From an uncultured delta proteobacterium (lineage in GTDB: Bacteria; Myxococcota_A; Polyangia; Polyangiales; B10-G4), in NCBI GenBank assembly GCA_963727445.1, contig CAVSGI010000013.1:288001-352000 (forward strand): a stretch of DNA of 64,000 nucleotides. The letters run 5' to 3'. The notes beneath the pieces are model-generated. The model made no database searches. It was not told where the DNA came from and was given only the letters and a program-made list of their open reading frames with translations. Below, piece by piece: positions 10,289 to 20,357 of the stretch. The first letter of the stretch is position 1, and each line of letters opens with the position of its first letter. A program made the translations under genes and the position numbers.

Positions 10289-10507
10289 TCAGGCCTCGCT
10301 CGGCTCGGCGGGCGCGGCGGCGGCGGCGGCGGGGGTCGAAGCGGCCTCCTCCTCCTCGGGGGGTGCGAAGTCGATCACCTCGGCGTTGTCCTCCACGTCC
10401 TTCAGGCCGCCGAGGTGCTTGTCGTACTCCTCACGCGAGATCAGCCCTTTTTTGATGTTCCGGTCGACGGTCCGCTTGTCGAATAGGGAGTCTCGGTTGT
10501 CCACCAT
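10289..10507 (-). CDS. Small hypothetical protein
   Basis: LFDKRTVDRNIKKGLISREEY; GAGG RBS; abuts the DUF1844 gene. Confidence 0.7.
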   Translation of the reverse strand: MVDNRDSLFDKRTVDRNIKKGLISREEYDKHLGGLKDVEDNAEVIDFAPPEEEEAASTPAAAAAAPAEPSEA

Positions 10508-10608
10508 GTGCGCCTCTCTCGGGTCGGGGTAAGGTTCTGCGGGTGTCGGGCGCGGAGTGTAGAGTTCGCCCGCCCCGTGTCAAACACGTCCCGCCGGATT
10601 ATCCGTCA

Positions 10609-11196
10609 ATGAAGACCCCTTCCCCCGTCGCCTCGGCCGCCCTCCTCGCTCTGCTCTTCACCGCCGGCTGCACCCGGGCCGAATCCCCTTCGGAGCGCCG
10701 GAACGAGGCCCTGAGCGAGAGCCAGCCGACGCCCGAAGCCTCGGGCCTGACCCGGGTCGATCCCACCGACCTCCCCTCAGCGGCGGAGCCCCCCCAGGCC
10801 AACACCCCCGCCAGCCCCGAACAGGCCCGCCTCAATCAGCTCCTTCGCGCCATGAACGAGGCGTCCGAGGAAGCCGCCGAGGCCGAAGGCGCGACCGAGT
10901 GCGAGCGCGCCTACGACAGCAGCCGGCGCTTCGCCGAAGCCCTGCGACAGCGCATGGGCGGCGACCCGCTGCCGCCGGACACGCCGGCGCGCCGCGACGC
11001 GTTCGTCAACGCATGCGGCCACCTCCCGGCGGACGTGCAGAGGTGCATGGTGATGTCCTACTCGGTGTCGCATACCGAGGAGTGCACCAGCGTACGGCGC
11101 GACATGAACGACGAGACCCGCGAAGGCGTGCGCCGGTTGATGGCCGACCTCGGGCCGCTGGCCGCGGCGGCCGTACCCGAAGAAGAAGCGGAGTAG
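10609..11196 (+). CDS. Hypothetical lipoprotein
   Basis: MKTPSPVASAALLALLFTAGC lipobox; four further Cys. Confidence 0.65.
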   Translation: MKTPSPVASAALLALLFTAGCTRAESPSERRNEALSESQPTPEASGLTRVDPTDLPSAAEPPQANTPASPEQARLNQLLRAMNEASEEAAEAEGATECERAYDSSRRFAEALRQRMGGDPLPPDTPARRDAFVNACGHLPADVQRCMVMSYSVSHTEECTSVRRDMNDETREGVRRLMADLGPLAAAAVPEEEAE

Positions 11197-11203
11197 CGCA
11201 CCG

Positions 11204-12709
11204 ATGCCCGACAGCGTGCTCCCCAGCCTCGATCAGATCCGAGATCTGGAGATCCTGATCAAGGCGCACCACCCGTTGATCCTCATCGAGACCATCGAAG
11301 AGGATCGGGTCGGCACGCTCATCGAGTACCTCGCCGACCGGCTGAAGCTGCCCCTCTACACCTGGACGGCGCACCGCGGCCTCTCCACCGCCGAGGGTCC
11401 GCCCCTGGCGGGAACCGACGCCGCCGACCGCATGCTCGACTTCGTGGCCCAGAGCAACGCCGAAGCGCTCTATCACCTCCGCGGTTTCACGCCGGCCTTC
11501 ACGGACCCGCCGCTGGTGGCGCGCCTCAAGGATCTCTACAAGCAGCTCTTCGCCCACCGGGGCGCGCTGATCATGACTGGGGTGGACGCGAGCCCGTCGC
11601 CGGACCTCGAAGCGCTCTTCACGGTGGTGGACCTCGAGCCGCCGACGCCCCACGCGTATTACCAGTTCGTCTCCAACGTCCTTCGCGACCTTCGAAAGCG
11701 CATGGAGATCCAGGTCGACCTCTCGGGCGAGGACGTGGCGGTGCTGCTGAGCCACCTGCGCGGGCTGACGTTCTTCGAGGTGAAGAAGATCGTGACCCAG
11801 GCGGTGATCGAGGATGGGCGCCTCGACCGCAGCGACATCGAGAAGGTGCTCGAAGCCAAGAAGCGCGCGATCCAGCGCTCGGGCGTCCTCGACTACTACC
11901 CGGCCGACCAGAGCCTCGGCGACCTGGCCGGCCTCGACAACCTCAAGACCTGGCTCCGCAAGCGGAAGAACGCCTTCGCCAACCCCGACGAGGCCAAACG
12001 CTTCGGCCTGAGCGCGCCCAAAGGGCTGTTGCTGCTGGGGGTGCAGGGCTGCGGCAAGAGCATGTGCGCCAAGGCGGTCGCCGCGGAATGGCAACTGCCG
12101 CTGATCCGCCTCGACCCGAGCTCGCTCTACAACAAGTTCGTGGGCGAGTCGGAGAAGAACCTGATGCGGGCGATCAAGACCGCCGAGCAGATGGCGCCCA
12201 TCGTCTTGTGGATCGACGAGATTGAGAAGGCCTTCGGCGGTCAGGAGGGCTCCGGGAGCGACTCGGGCACCACCAGCCGCATCTTCGGCACGTTCCTGAC
12301 GTGGCTCAACGACAAGAAGGAGAGCGTCTTCGTCATCGCCACGGCGAACGACATCTCGCGCCTGCCGCCCGAGCTCCTTCGCAAGGGCCGCTTCGACGAA
12401 ATCTTCTTCGTGGACCTGCCCGACGCCGAGACCCGCGCCCGCATCTTCGCCGTGCATCTGAGCCGCCGCGATCGGGCGCCGGAGGGCTTCGATCTCGAGG
12501 CGCTGGCGGCCGCGACCGAAGGCTTCAGCGGTGCGGAGATCGAGCAGGTGGTGATCAGCGCGCTCTACACCGCCTTCAGCGATGGCCGTGCGCTCGACGA
12601 CGTGCTGCTCCTCGAAGAGGCGCGCGGCACCCGGCCACTGTCGGTGACCATGGGCGAAAAGATCGCCGAGCTCCGCGCCTGGGCGGAGGACCGCGCCGTC
12701 CCCGCCTGA
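11204..12709 (+). CDS. Ycf46-like AAA+ ATPase
   Basis: Walker A GVQGCGKS, Walker [36 protein letters not shown]. Confidence 0.9.
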   Translation: MPDSVLPSLDQIRDLEILIKAHHPLILIETIEEDRVGTLIEYLADRLKLPLYTWTAHRGLSTAEGPPLAGTDAADRMLDFVAQSNAEALYHLRGFTPAFTDPPLVARLKDLYKQLFAHRGALIMTGVDASPSPDLEALFTVVDLEPPTPHAYYQFVSNVLRDLRKRMEIQVDLSGEDVAVLLSHLRGLTFFEVKKIVTQAVIEDGRLDRSDIEKVLEAKKRAIQRSGVLDYYPADQSLGDLAGLDNLKTWLRKRKNAFANPDEAKRFGLSAPKGLLLLGVQGCGKSMCAKAVAAEWQLPLIRLDPSSLYNKFVGESEKNLMRAIKTAEQMAPIVLWIDEIEKAFGGQEGSGSDSGTTSRIFGTFLTWLNDKKESVFVIATANDISRLPPELLRKGRFDEIFFVDLPDAETRARIFAVHLSRRDRAPEGFDLEALAAATEGFSGAEIEQVVISALYTAFSDGRALDDVLLLEEARGTRPLSVTMGEKIAELRAWAEDRAVPA

Positions 12710-12799
12710 CCTTTCACTCCTGCATTTTCATCATTGCAGATGCGAAGGATTTGCGGCTGTCGCGGCGCGAGTTCGGCAATGATTCTCCGACTGACACCC

Positions 12800-12816
12800 T
12801 TGGCACTCCGTTTGCT
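12800..12816 (+). promoter_or_regulatory. Sigma54 (-24/-12) promoter
   Basis: TTGGCACTCCGTTTGCT: GG at 12802-3 and GC at 12814-5, exact consensus spacing. Upstream palindrome CTGCA-N10-TGCAG (12720-12739) may be an enhancer site. Confidence 0.8.
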
Positions 12817-12825
12817 TTGTCTCCC

Positions 12826-12929
12826 TCGCGAAGCGACAGTGGGTGAAAGCAACCCCCCCCCACGCCGACGCCCACGCGCTTCAATCTGGCCCGCGATCGT
12901 ACCCCCCACGGTCGCGGGCCTTCATTTTT
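12826..12929 (+). ncRNA. Candidate Pxr-like small regulatory RNA
   Basis: Starts ~11 nt after the -12 box; SL1 TCGC-GAA-GCGA; SL2 GTGGGTG..C9..CGCCCAC; SL3 GGCCCGCGATCGT-ACCCCCC-ACGGTCGCGGGCC followed by TTCATTTTT; no credible ORF. Confidence 0.65.
12888..12929 (+). terminator. Intrinsic terminator (SL3 of the sRNA)
   Basis: 13-bp GC-rich stem with one G-U pair, followed by a U-rich tail. Confidence 0.75.
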
Positions 12930-13013
12930 GTCGTGTCGGATCGGCGGCGCCGTGACTCGACAACGGGCGGGTGCGTGAAGGCCGGCCGGGAGGCGGGATG
13001 CGCGTTTCGCTTC

Positions 13014-13180
13014 ACGGGGACGGTCTACACTTTTCAACTTTCGCCTTGGCCGCGGGTATGCGGGTGGAACCCCGACGTGCGTGGCGAAAGTTGAAAAGTG
13101 TAGACCGTCCCCACTAGCCTGCGGGTGGAACCCCGACGTGCGTGGCGAAAGTTGAAAAGTGTAGACCGTCCCCATTAGCC
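13014..13180. repeat. REP/MITE-like repeat cluster 1
   Basis: GGGGACGGTCTACACTTTTCAACTTTCGCC (13016-13045) is perfectly inverted at 13083-13112; a 61-bp unit is tandemly duplicated (13059-13119, 13120-13180, one mismatch). Confidence 0.9.
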
Positions 13181-14511
13181 TTCGGATCGGTATTCGAGGT
13201 AGCCGCTGACCAGGGCGTCGTAGAGCCAGCCGGCGACGATGCGGCGGCCGTGCGGGCTGAGGTGCTTGAGGTCCGAGGCGGCGAGGCCCTCGTGCAACCA
13301 CCGGCGAAAGGAGCCGGCGCCACCCATCGCGGCGTAGGTGTCGAAGAAGGCGCAGCCGGCCTCGTGCGCCGCCGCCCGCTGGGCGTCGACCGCGGCCTGC
13401 ACCTCCTCGGGACGAATGTGGCTCCGGCCGCTCATCTCGTGCTCGATGATCCCGGTGAGGAGGCAGCCCGACTCGGGCAGAGCGCTCCGCACCCGCGCCA
13501 GCACCCGCCGGGTCTCCTCCTGAAACTCCGCGGAGGAACCCGCGCGCCCCACGTGGCGGCGCAGGTCGTTTCCGCCGTAGGTGAGGATCACCAGGTCCGA
13601 GGCCCGGGCGCGGAGCTGGCCGGCGAAATGTGGCTCGTCGTACTCGAGGAGCCGCGTGGTGAAGGCGCCGATCATCGACAGCGTGTCCCAGACCACCCCT
13701 GGCCCGTCGGTCTCGAGCACCACGCCATACGCGCGCGTGCGCCCGCCGCCCGCATGGCGGAGCCGCACCTTGTGGTGACCGGCGGGCATGCGCATGCGAT
13801 GGAAGCGGTCTTCGAGCGCCTCCGCCGCCGTGTCGAAGATCAGCTCGGGCTCGCCGTCGACCTTCAGTCCCAGCCGCCCGCCGCGCCGCTGCGTCGCGTA
13901 CCACAGCTCGAGTCGACTCGCGGTCGTGCCGTATCCGCCCTCGCGGCGGGTCTCGATGATCGTACGCGCCCCCCGCGAGCCGAGGGTGGCGACGCCCCCG
14001 AGACCGTAGTGGCCGTCGTCGAGGCAGCGGAAGATCAGGTAGCAGAACTCCCATGGCGGACGGTTCGCCAGGTGAACGGTGTTGTTGCGGTACGAGGTGG
14101 AGTGCGGTTGTGCGAGGACGAAACCGGTGCCGCCGTCCCCGAAGCGATCCTGAAAACGGCGGCGGAGGTAGTGAGGGAGCTGATCCATCCCGATAGAGGA
14201 GTCGCCCATATGGGTCACGCGGGTGATGGCACCCCTCGCGCCGTCGTCGGTGCGCGCGAGCGCGCGGTAGAACCCGTCGAGGGAGTGGGCGGGGTCGGTG
14301 ATGGGATGCTCCGCGGCCCGCGGATCACCGTCGCGCGGCTGCCAGCTCGGGGTCGCTGGCCGCACCGGCGAGGGGGCCGGTGCGTCGACCGCTGGCGGCA
14401 CCGGCGTGGGTCGATCCGTGTGGGCGTCGGTGTCGCTCGCCCCCTGCGTCCCGCAGGACGCGAGCGCGAGCGAACACGCCAGCGCCGCGAAGAGCCGCGA
14501 GGGTCGTCTAT
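13175..14511 (-). CDS. SGNH/GDSL-family lipoprotein (PatB/Ape-like acyltransferase or esterase); start codon apparently damaged
   Basis: GDS block (HMGDSS), YGGND, DLKH; in-frame RRPSRLFAALACSLALASC signal peptide upstream of the ORF-track start at 14401. Confidence 0.75.
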
Positions 14512-14542
14512 CGAAGGAGGGGTAGCCGCGCGAGTCGATGGA

Positions 14543-15562
14543 CTAGCGTAGCGCGCCGGAGGCGAGGATGGCGCCGATCGTTTCAGCGGCCGTGTCGAGC
14601 GCCCGCCGGCCCGGACGGGCGGCCATGGCGACGACCCAGCGCTCGCCGGTATCGGTCCGCTCGACGAAGAGGACGTCGCTCACCCATTCGTTCGCGAAGC
14701 CGGGCTTGTGATAGACGCGGACCGGAACGTCACCGAAGGCCCGCTCCACGATCTCTGCGATCTCCCGGTTCTGTGCGTGGGCCAGGGCGTCGCGCATCAC
14801 GGCGAGGTCTTCGGGCGCCAGGTCGTAGCGCATGCCCTCGGGGAGCTCGTCGTGGAGCATGATGCGCGACATCACCTCCGCCAGCTCGAGGAGCGTCGTG
14901 CAGTTGCCCTGGTCGGGGCAGAGGTAGTGCCCAGCGCCCACCCGCGGAGGCAGCACGTAATGACGGTCGCCGCGTTGGATGAAGATGCGCGGCGAGATGC
15001 GGTTGAGCCCGTTCTGCGTCTCGGGGTCGATGTGACGCCCCGAATAAGCGCGCAGGAAGACGGTGTCGGCGAAACCGTTTTCCGGGACGAAGAACTCGGT
15101 GTTGATGCTGTCGAAGCCGACCAGCTCGACCAGGCGATCGAAGGAAGCGTTGTCGCTGAACTCGAGGGCGTGGCGAACGATCTGATCGAAGCGAAGGGTG
15201 ACCAGGCCCTCGTCGTATTCGTAGGTCAGCCAGGCGTCGCCGCGGAAGCCCAGCGCGTGGATGCGCTCGTAGGCGGCCACGGCAGCGTAGATCTTCACCG
15301 AAGAGGCCGGCCACCAATCGTCACGATCGTCCGCCGTCCCCTCGTAGTCGAAGTAGGTCTCGGAGAGCGCGCCATCGTCGCCCGCATCGATGCGGACCAC
15401 CAACGCCTTGAAATCGGTCGGGGGCGTGAAGCCACGCTCCGTCAGCAGAGCGGCGAGCCGAGCCTGGTCGACGTTGCGAGCCTGAGCACCGGCGCTCCGG
15501 GGCAGAGCGATCGAGGCGAGGGCGAGGGCCGCCGCGAAGTAATGGGGACGCACTGAGGACAT
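14543..15562 (-). CDS. Class A beta-lactamase-like serine hydrolase
   Basis: SxxK (PASSVK), SDN and KPG motifs; signal peptide. Confidence 0.75.
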   Translation of the reverse strand: MSSVRPHYFAAALALASIALPRSAGAQARNVDQARLAALLTERGFTPPTDFKALVVRIDAGDDGALSETYFDYEGTADDRDDWWPASSVKIYAAVAAYERIHALGFRGDAWLTYEYDEGLVTLRFDQIVRHALEFSDNASFDRLVELVGFDSINTEFFVPENGFADTVFLRAYSGRHIDPETQNGLNRISPRIFIQRGDRHYVLPPRVGAGHYLCPDQGNCTTLLELAEVMSRIMLHDELPEGMRYDLAPEDLAVMRDALAHAQNREIAEIVERAFGDVPVRVYHKPGFANEWVSDVLFVERTDTGERWVVAMAARPGRRALDTAAETIGAILASGALR

Positions 15563-15579
15563 TCGATACACGCAATTGA

Positions 15580-16782
15580 TCAGAGAGTGAAGATGCCCCC
15601 GCTCGTCGTGTACTCCCCCTCACCGACAATTCCGCCCCACACCACCATCGACCGATCCGTCGCGCAGGCTCGGTGGTCCCTCCGCGGGCTCGGCGCCCCC
15701 TCGGTGGACAGCGGAGCCCAGGTATCGGTCACCGGCTCGAAGGCGCCGCCGCCGGCCGACAGGCCCTCCGCGGACTCGCCTCCGAAGATCACGACGCGGT
15801 CCGAGACGAGCACCCCGGAGGCGCCGGTCCGCGCGCTCGGCGCCCCCTCCATCGGCAGCGTCCGCCACACGTCCTCCGGCGCGACGTAAGCGGCGCCGTC
15901 GCCCAGCGGCTGGCTGGCGCTCCGTTCTCCGCCCCACACCACCATCTGCTCGCCGGCCCAGACTGCGACGTGCCTCAGGCGGGGCGAGGGCGCGCCCTCC
16001 GCGGCGAGCGGACGCCAGGAGTCCGTGGCCGGGTCGTAGCGCGCGCCGTCGCCGAGCGGACCGTTCGGGCCCACGCCTCCCCAGACGAGCATCTCCTGCC
16101 CCGTCCAGACGGCGGTGTGTCCAGCGCGAGGCGAGGGGGCGCCGACCGTGGACATCGGCCGGAAGGTGTTGGAGCGCGGATCGTAGATGGCCCCGGCGTC
16201 GTGATAGTCGCCGGGCGCGCCGAGCCCCCCGAAGAGGAGGATCGCTTCGCCGGTGTAGACGGCGGTGGCGTCGCTCGAGGGCGGCGGTGCACCCGCGCTG
16301 CTGGTGGGACGCCAGCTCCGCGTGTCGGGATCGTAGAGCCCTCCGTCGCCGAGCGCGTTCATCCCGTCGCGGCCGCCCCAGACGAAGAGCAGCGCATCGG
16401 CGAAGACCCCGACATGTCGCACCCGCGCGCTCGGCGCACCCGAGCTCCCGAGCTCGGTCCAGAGGCCGTCGGCGACGTCGAGAATGGCGCCGCTGTTGAG
16501 ATAGGTCTGAAACTGTCCTTCGACGGTGTGGCCTCCCCAGACGAAGAGGCGTCGCCCGAAGGCGCCCGCCGCGAAGCCGTCCCGACCGACCGGCGCACCC
16601 TCCTCGGAAAGCGCTCGCCAACGCCCCACCGGCTGCGCGGCCTCGGAGGTCGGCGTCTCCGCACGCGCGGCGACCGCCTCGACCGGGGCGACCTGCGCGC
16701 GGGGGGGCGCTGTGTCGTCATCGCAAGCCGCGAGGAGGACGAACGCGAAGCCGATGGAGAGCTGGCGGGTCCAGAGGGTCAA
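15580..16782 (-). CDS. Kelch-repeat beta-propeller lipoprotein
   Basis: Repeats of GAPSxR..AVWTG..VWGG..G.YDP; lipobox LAAC; TTG overlaps the upstream TGA. Confidence 0.85.
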   Translation of the reverse strand: MTLWTRQLSIGFAFVLLAACDDDTAPPRAQVAPVEAVAARAETPTSEAAQPVGRWRALSEEGAPVGRDGFAAGAFGRRLFVWGGHTVEGQFQTYLNSGAILDVADGLWTELGSSGAPSARVRHVGVFADALLFVWGGRDGMNALGDGGLYDPDTRSWRPTSSAGAPPPSSDATAVYTGEAILLFGGLGAPGDYHDAGAIYDPRSNTFRPMSTVGAPSPRAGHTAVWTGQEMLVWGGVGPNGPLGDGARYDPATDSWRPLAAEGAPSPRLRHVAVWAGEQMVVWGGERSASQPLGDGAAYVAPEDVWRTLPMEGAPSARTGASGVLVSDRVVIFGGESAEGLSAGGGAFEPVTDTWAPLSTEGAPSPRRDHRACATDRSMVVWGGIVGEGEYTTSGGIFTL

Positions 16783-17294
16783 CGGTACTTCTTCTTGGGC
16801 CCCACCAGGGTGCGCAGCCACGCGCGCGTCACGACCTCGGAGGCGTCGTTCAAAAGCTCGACCTCGATGCGGTACTCGTGCTCCTCGGAGCTGTCGATCA
16901 CCGGGCAGGTGCAGACGCCGGTGATCGTCCCCCGCGCCTTCTTCACGTACTCGAGCTCCATGCCTGCAACGATGAAGCGCGCATCGTCCGGGAGGGTGTA
17001 GGCGACGGCGATGTTGCCGGTTACCTCGGCGAGGTTGGCCAACGCGATCGCGTGAACGCAGCGGAGGTGATTCCGAACCGCCCGCCTGTCGCGCATGGTG
17101 ACGCGGGAGCGACCCCGCGCGAGCTCCTCGACGCGCGCACCGATGGTGGCGGTGTAGGGGGCGCCCTGACCGATGGCGCGGCTGAAGAGACGCTTGCCAC
17201 CGGGCACCTTGGAGAGGCGGTCCCAGAGCTCTCGGATCACGTTCTTGTCGGCTTCGGCGAGGTCGGGAAGGAGGCGGGCGGCCATGGCGGTCAT
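16779..17294 (-). CDS. Hotdog-fold thioesterase (PaaI/DUF4442-like)
   Basis: APYTATIGARV..NHLRCVHAIALANLAE..LEYVKKARG. Confidence 0.8.
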   Translation of the reverse strand: MTAMAARLLPDLAEADKNVIRELWDRLSKVPGGKRLFSRAIGQGAPYTATIGARVEELARGRSRVTMRDRRAVRNHLRCVHAIALANLAEVTGNIAVAYTLPDDARFIVAGMELEYVKKARGTITGVCTCPVIDSSEEHEYRIEVELLNDASEVVTRAWLRTLVGPKKKYR

Positions 17295-17321
17295 GCGAGG
17301 CTCAATAGTGCTGAGAGCGGC

Positions 17322-20300
17322 TCAGAACAAGCCGATCGAGAAGTGGAAAGTGCCGACCGGCTCCTGGAGCTGCTGGCGGCGCAGGAGGATCAGGCCGTAG
17401 TCGAGGGCGAGGGGACCGACCGGGGTCTTGACCCGGAGCCCGACGCCCGCGGTGGGGCGCAGGGCGAAGAGGTCGAAGAACTGGGGGTCGGACCAGAGGT
17501 TGCCGAGGTCGGTGAAGATGCCGCCGTAGATCGGGCCGAAGATGGGGAAGCGCAGCTCGCCCCGAAAGAGGATGAAGGTGTCGCCGGCGCGGACGACGTC
17601 GGTGCTCCTGAGGTTGTCGGGGTCGGCGGCGATGGCGTCGGCCTTGTCCTGCGGGATCATCGCGTCCTGGTAGTAGCCGCGCATGGTCTCGACGCCGCCG
17701 AGGTAGTAGCTGCGGTTCGGGTAGGTGCGCGAGGTGTTCGTCAGGTGGAAGACGCGGCCGTACCGCGCCGAGATCGCGAAGACCACGTTGCCGAAGAGCG
17801 GGATGTAGCCGCGGGTGTTGAAGGTGAGCTTGATGAAGTTGCTCTCGAAGGGTTGCATCATCGGGCCCTGCGGCTGGGAGGCGAGGGTCACGGCGTACTC
17901 GCCGGTGACGGATCCGAAGAACCCGGCGCTCGGATCGAGGGGGTTGTCGCGGAGGTCGACCGCGAGAGTGAGGGGGAAGGCGAGGATGGTGGACTCGCCA
18001 TCGGGCACGCGAAGGAGGCGGACCAGGCGCTGATTCACCATGCCCGACGCCATCATCATCATCAGATAGTCTTCGAGGTTCTGATTGTCGGTGAAGAGCT
18101 GGACGTTCGAGTTCTCGAGGTTCGCCGCGCCGGAGATCGACAGCTCCCGGAACGCGTGCCAGCTCGCGGTCAGGCTGACGCCGTTGTCGTCGATGCCGAA
18201 GTCGAACTCGTTGTTGCGGCGGTGATAGACGTTGAGCCCGAGGCGCACGTTCTCGAGGCCGGGGATGTGGGGCACCGAGAAGCCCACCGCGACGTTGCGC
18301 TCGATGCGGTCCTGCAGGCTGAGCCGCTCGTAGCGTTGCTGCAGGATGGGGTTCACGAAGATGAACTGGAAGCCAAGCTGCACGCCGACGGTGGTGGTGA
18401 CGCCGTAGCCGAAGAGGTTGCGGTAGCCGTACTCGAAGCCGCCGCGCAGACCCTGGCCGGTGGAAAAGCCCAGGGTGAAGTCGAGGTACTGGGGCTTGCG
18501 CTCGGCGACGGTGACCACCACGTCCTTGACCCGCGCCGGCAGGTCGGGCTCCGAAACGCCGATGTTCACCCCGGAAAAGACGCCGATCTCCAGGAGCCGC
18601 TCCTGGCTCTCGCGGGCGAGAGAGGGCCGGTAGAGCTCGTCGGGCACGAGGACCATGCGATCACGGATCAGCGTCTCGCTGGTGTTCGCCGCGCCCCGGA
18701 TGATCACCCGCCCGACGCGCACCTCGTAGGCCTCGACCACGGTGATGGAGACCTCGGCGCGGGTGCGATCCTCGGAGTAGAGGATGGTCGGCTCGACGCG
18801 GACGAAGAGGAAGCCGTGCTCCTGATAGAGGTCCACGATGCGCAGGCGCGCCTCCTCGAGCGCCAGCGGTGAGAAGGGCTGACCGCGGGTGAGCTCGGCC
18901 GCGACGAGGATCTCCCGCATGGTGAGCGCTTCGTTCCCTTCGACGCTCACCTCTTGCAGCATCGTCTGCGGGCCTTCGCTCACCGGGATCTCGACGCGGG
19001 CGGTGCCGTTGTCGCCGCGCGTCATCTCTATCGGTCCCAGGGAGACGGAGAGGTATCCGTCGAGGGAGTAGAGCTCGTTCAACGACTCGAGCCCGGCCTC
19101 GTAGGTGGGCTCGTAGAAGACGGTGTGGGGATTGGAGTCGAGCGGCGCCGACGTCTGGCGTCTTCGCGGCTGGCTGTAGCGAAAGGTCGAGTCGACGATG
19201 GATGTGTCGACGGGCTCGATGGGCTCGGCCCGGGGCAGATCGTCGTCCAGGTAGCCCTGGAGCTCCGAGCGCAGCCGCTCCTCGTCGAAGTGATGCGCCC
19301 CGGGAAAGGAGAGCTCGACGACGCGCAGGGGCTCGCCCGGCTCCGCCACGATGTCGAGGTAAGCGGAGCCCGGTTCGGGGCCGGCGACACGCCTCACGGT
19401 GGCGCTGGCATCGTAGAAGCCGTGTCGCTGGTAGACGTCCACCACACGCTCCCGGATGCCCTCGACCAAGGCGTCGGTGAGCGGCTCCTCGCCCAGCTCG
19501 AGCACCGCCTCCAGCTCGCTGCGCTCGATCGGCGCGATGTGGCGGTAACGCACCTGGTAGCGGGGCCCGGGGCGCGAGGGGATGGAGACGATGACGCCGC
19601 CCCCGACCGCGCGCGCCACGATCGCGGGGCCCAGCTCCGCCTCGAGCCAGCCTCGCGCCCGCATCTCGAGCTCGGTCTCGCGGATCGACTCGGCGATGGC
19701 GTCGCGATCCAGGATGTCGCCCACGTCGAAGTCCAGACCGCTGGCGGCGCCGCTCGCGGGCGGCGGCGACTCGCCCTGGAACTGCACGCGCGCGATGCGC
19801 GTGGGCGCGCCCTCGTGAACGACGATGCGCATCACCTTGCGGCTGGGGTCGTCGGTGTCGCGAACGATCACCTCGATCCGCGTGTCCTCGTAGCCGATCT
19901 TCGCGTAGGCCTCGGAAGCGGCGGTGACGGCTTCGTCGATGGTGTCCTCGAGGAGCTCGCTGCCCGAGCTGATCGCCACCGTACGGAGCAGGTCGGCGTC
20001 GGAGATCTCGTCGTTGCCTCGCACCTCGACCCGCGAAAGGATCACCACCGGTACCAGGTGCGCGACGACCTTCACGCCGCCCTGCACCCCGACCAGATCG
20101 AGCTGGACGTCGCGCCACCGGCCGCTGTTCGCGAGGCGACGGATCGTGCTGCGCAGGAGGCGCCGGCTCAGGGGCACACCGAGGGGGATGCCGACGTCGC
20201 GCGGCGAGGTGATCCCCGCGGTCTCACCCGCGATCTCCACGTCGACCACCCGCCTGTCTCGGAGCTCGACCGGTACCTGTGCGCGTGCGCCGCTCGTCGT

Positions 20301-20357
20301 CAGAAAGACGAAGGCGAGGACAATCGCGCGGCATATCACTCGAATTCCAGGCGCCAA
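17322..20357 (-). CDS. tamA: Omp85-family outer membrane protein (TamA/BamA-like) with multiple POTRA domains
   Basis: POTRA repeats, YLGGVETMRGY, GVGLRVKTPVGPLALDYG, terminal FSIGLF; adjacent to tamB. Confidence 0.8.
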   Translation of the reverse strand: MAPGIRVICRAIVLAFVFLTTSGARAQVPVELRDRRVVDVEIAGETAGITSPRDVGIPLGVPLSRRLLRSTIRRLANSGRWRDVQLDLVGVQGGVKVVAHLVPVVILSRVEVRGNDEISDADLLRTVAISSGSELLEDTIDEAVTAASEAYAKIGYEDTRIEVIVRDTDDPSRKVMRIVVHEGAPTRIARVQFQGESPPPASGAASGLDFDVGDILDRDAIAESIRETELEMRARGWLEAELGPAIVARAVGGGVIVSIPSRPGPRYQVRYRHIAPIERSELEAVLELGEEPLTDALVEGIRERVVDVYQRHGFYDASATVRRVAGPEPGSAYLDIVAEPGEPLRVVELSFPGAHHFDEERLRSELQGYLDDDLPRAEPIEPVDTSIVDSTFRYSQPRRRQTSAPLDSNPHTVFYEPTYEAGLESLNELYSLDGYLSVSLGPIEMTRGDNGTARVEIPVSEGPQTMLQEVSVEGNEALTMREILVAAELTRGQPFSPLALEEARLRIVDLYQEHGFLFVRVEPTILYSEDRTRAEVSITVVEAYEVRVGRVIIRGAANTSETLIRDRMVLVPDELYRPSLARESQERLLEIGVFSGVNIGVSEPDLPARVKDVVVTVAERKPQYLDFTLGFSTGQGLRGGFEYGYRNLFGYGVTTTVGVQLGFQFIFVNPILQQRYERLSLQDRIERNVAVGFSVPHIPGLENVRLGLNVYHRRNNEFDFGIDDNGVSLTASWHAFRELSISGAANLENSNVQLFTDNQNLEDYLMMMMASGMVNQRLVRLLRVPDGESTILAFPLTLAVDLRDNPLDPSAGFFGSVTGEYAVTLASQPQGPMMQPFESNFIKLTFNTRGYIPLFGNVVFAISARYGRVFHLTNTSRTYPNRSYYLGGVETMRGYYQDAMIPQDKADAIAADPDNLRSTDVVRAGDTFILFRGELRFPIFGPIYGGIFTDLGNLWSDPQFFDLFALRPTAGVGLRVKTPVGPLALDYGLILLRRQQLQEPVGTFHFSIGLF

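Noticed and set aside
13014..13180. CRISPR array
   Set aside because: Repeats occur in both orientations, the intervening sequences are identical rather than unique spacers, and there are no cas genes.
14543..15562. Bona fide antibiotic-resistance beta-lactamase
   Set aside because: Only fold-level motifs are present (SxxK, SDN, KPG); the substrate cannot be inferred.
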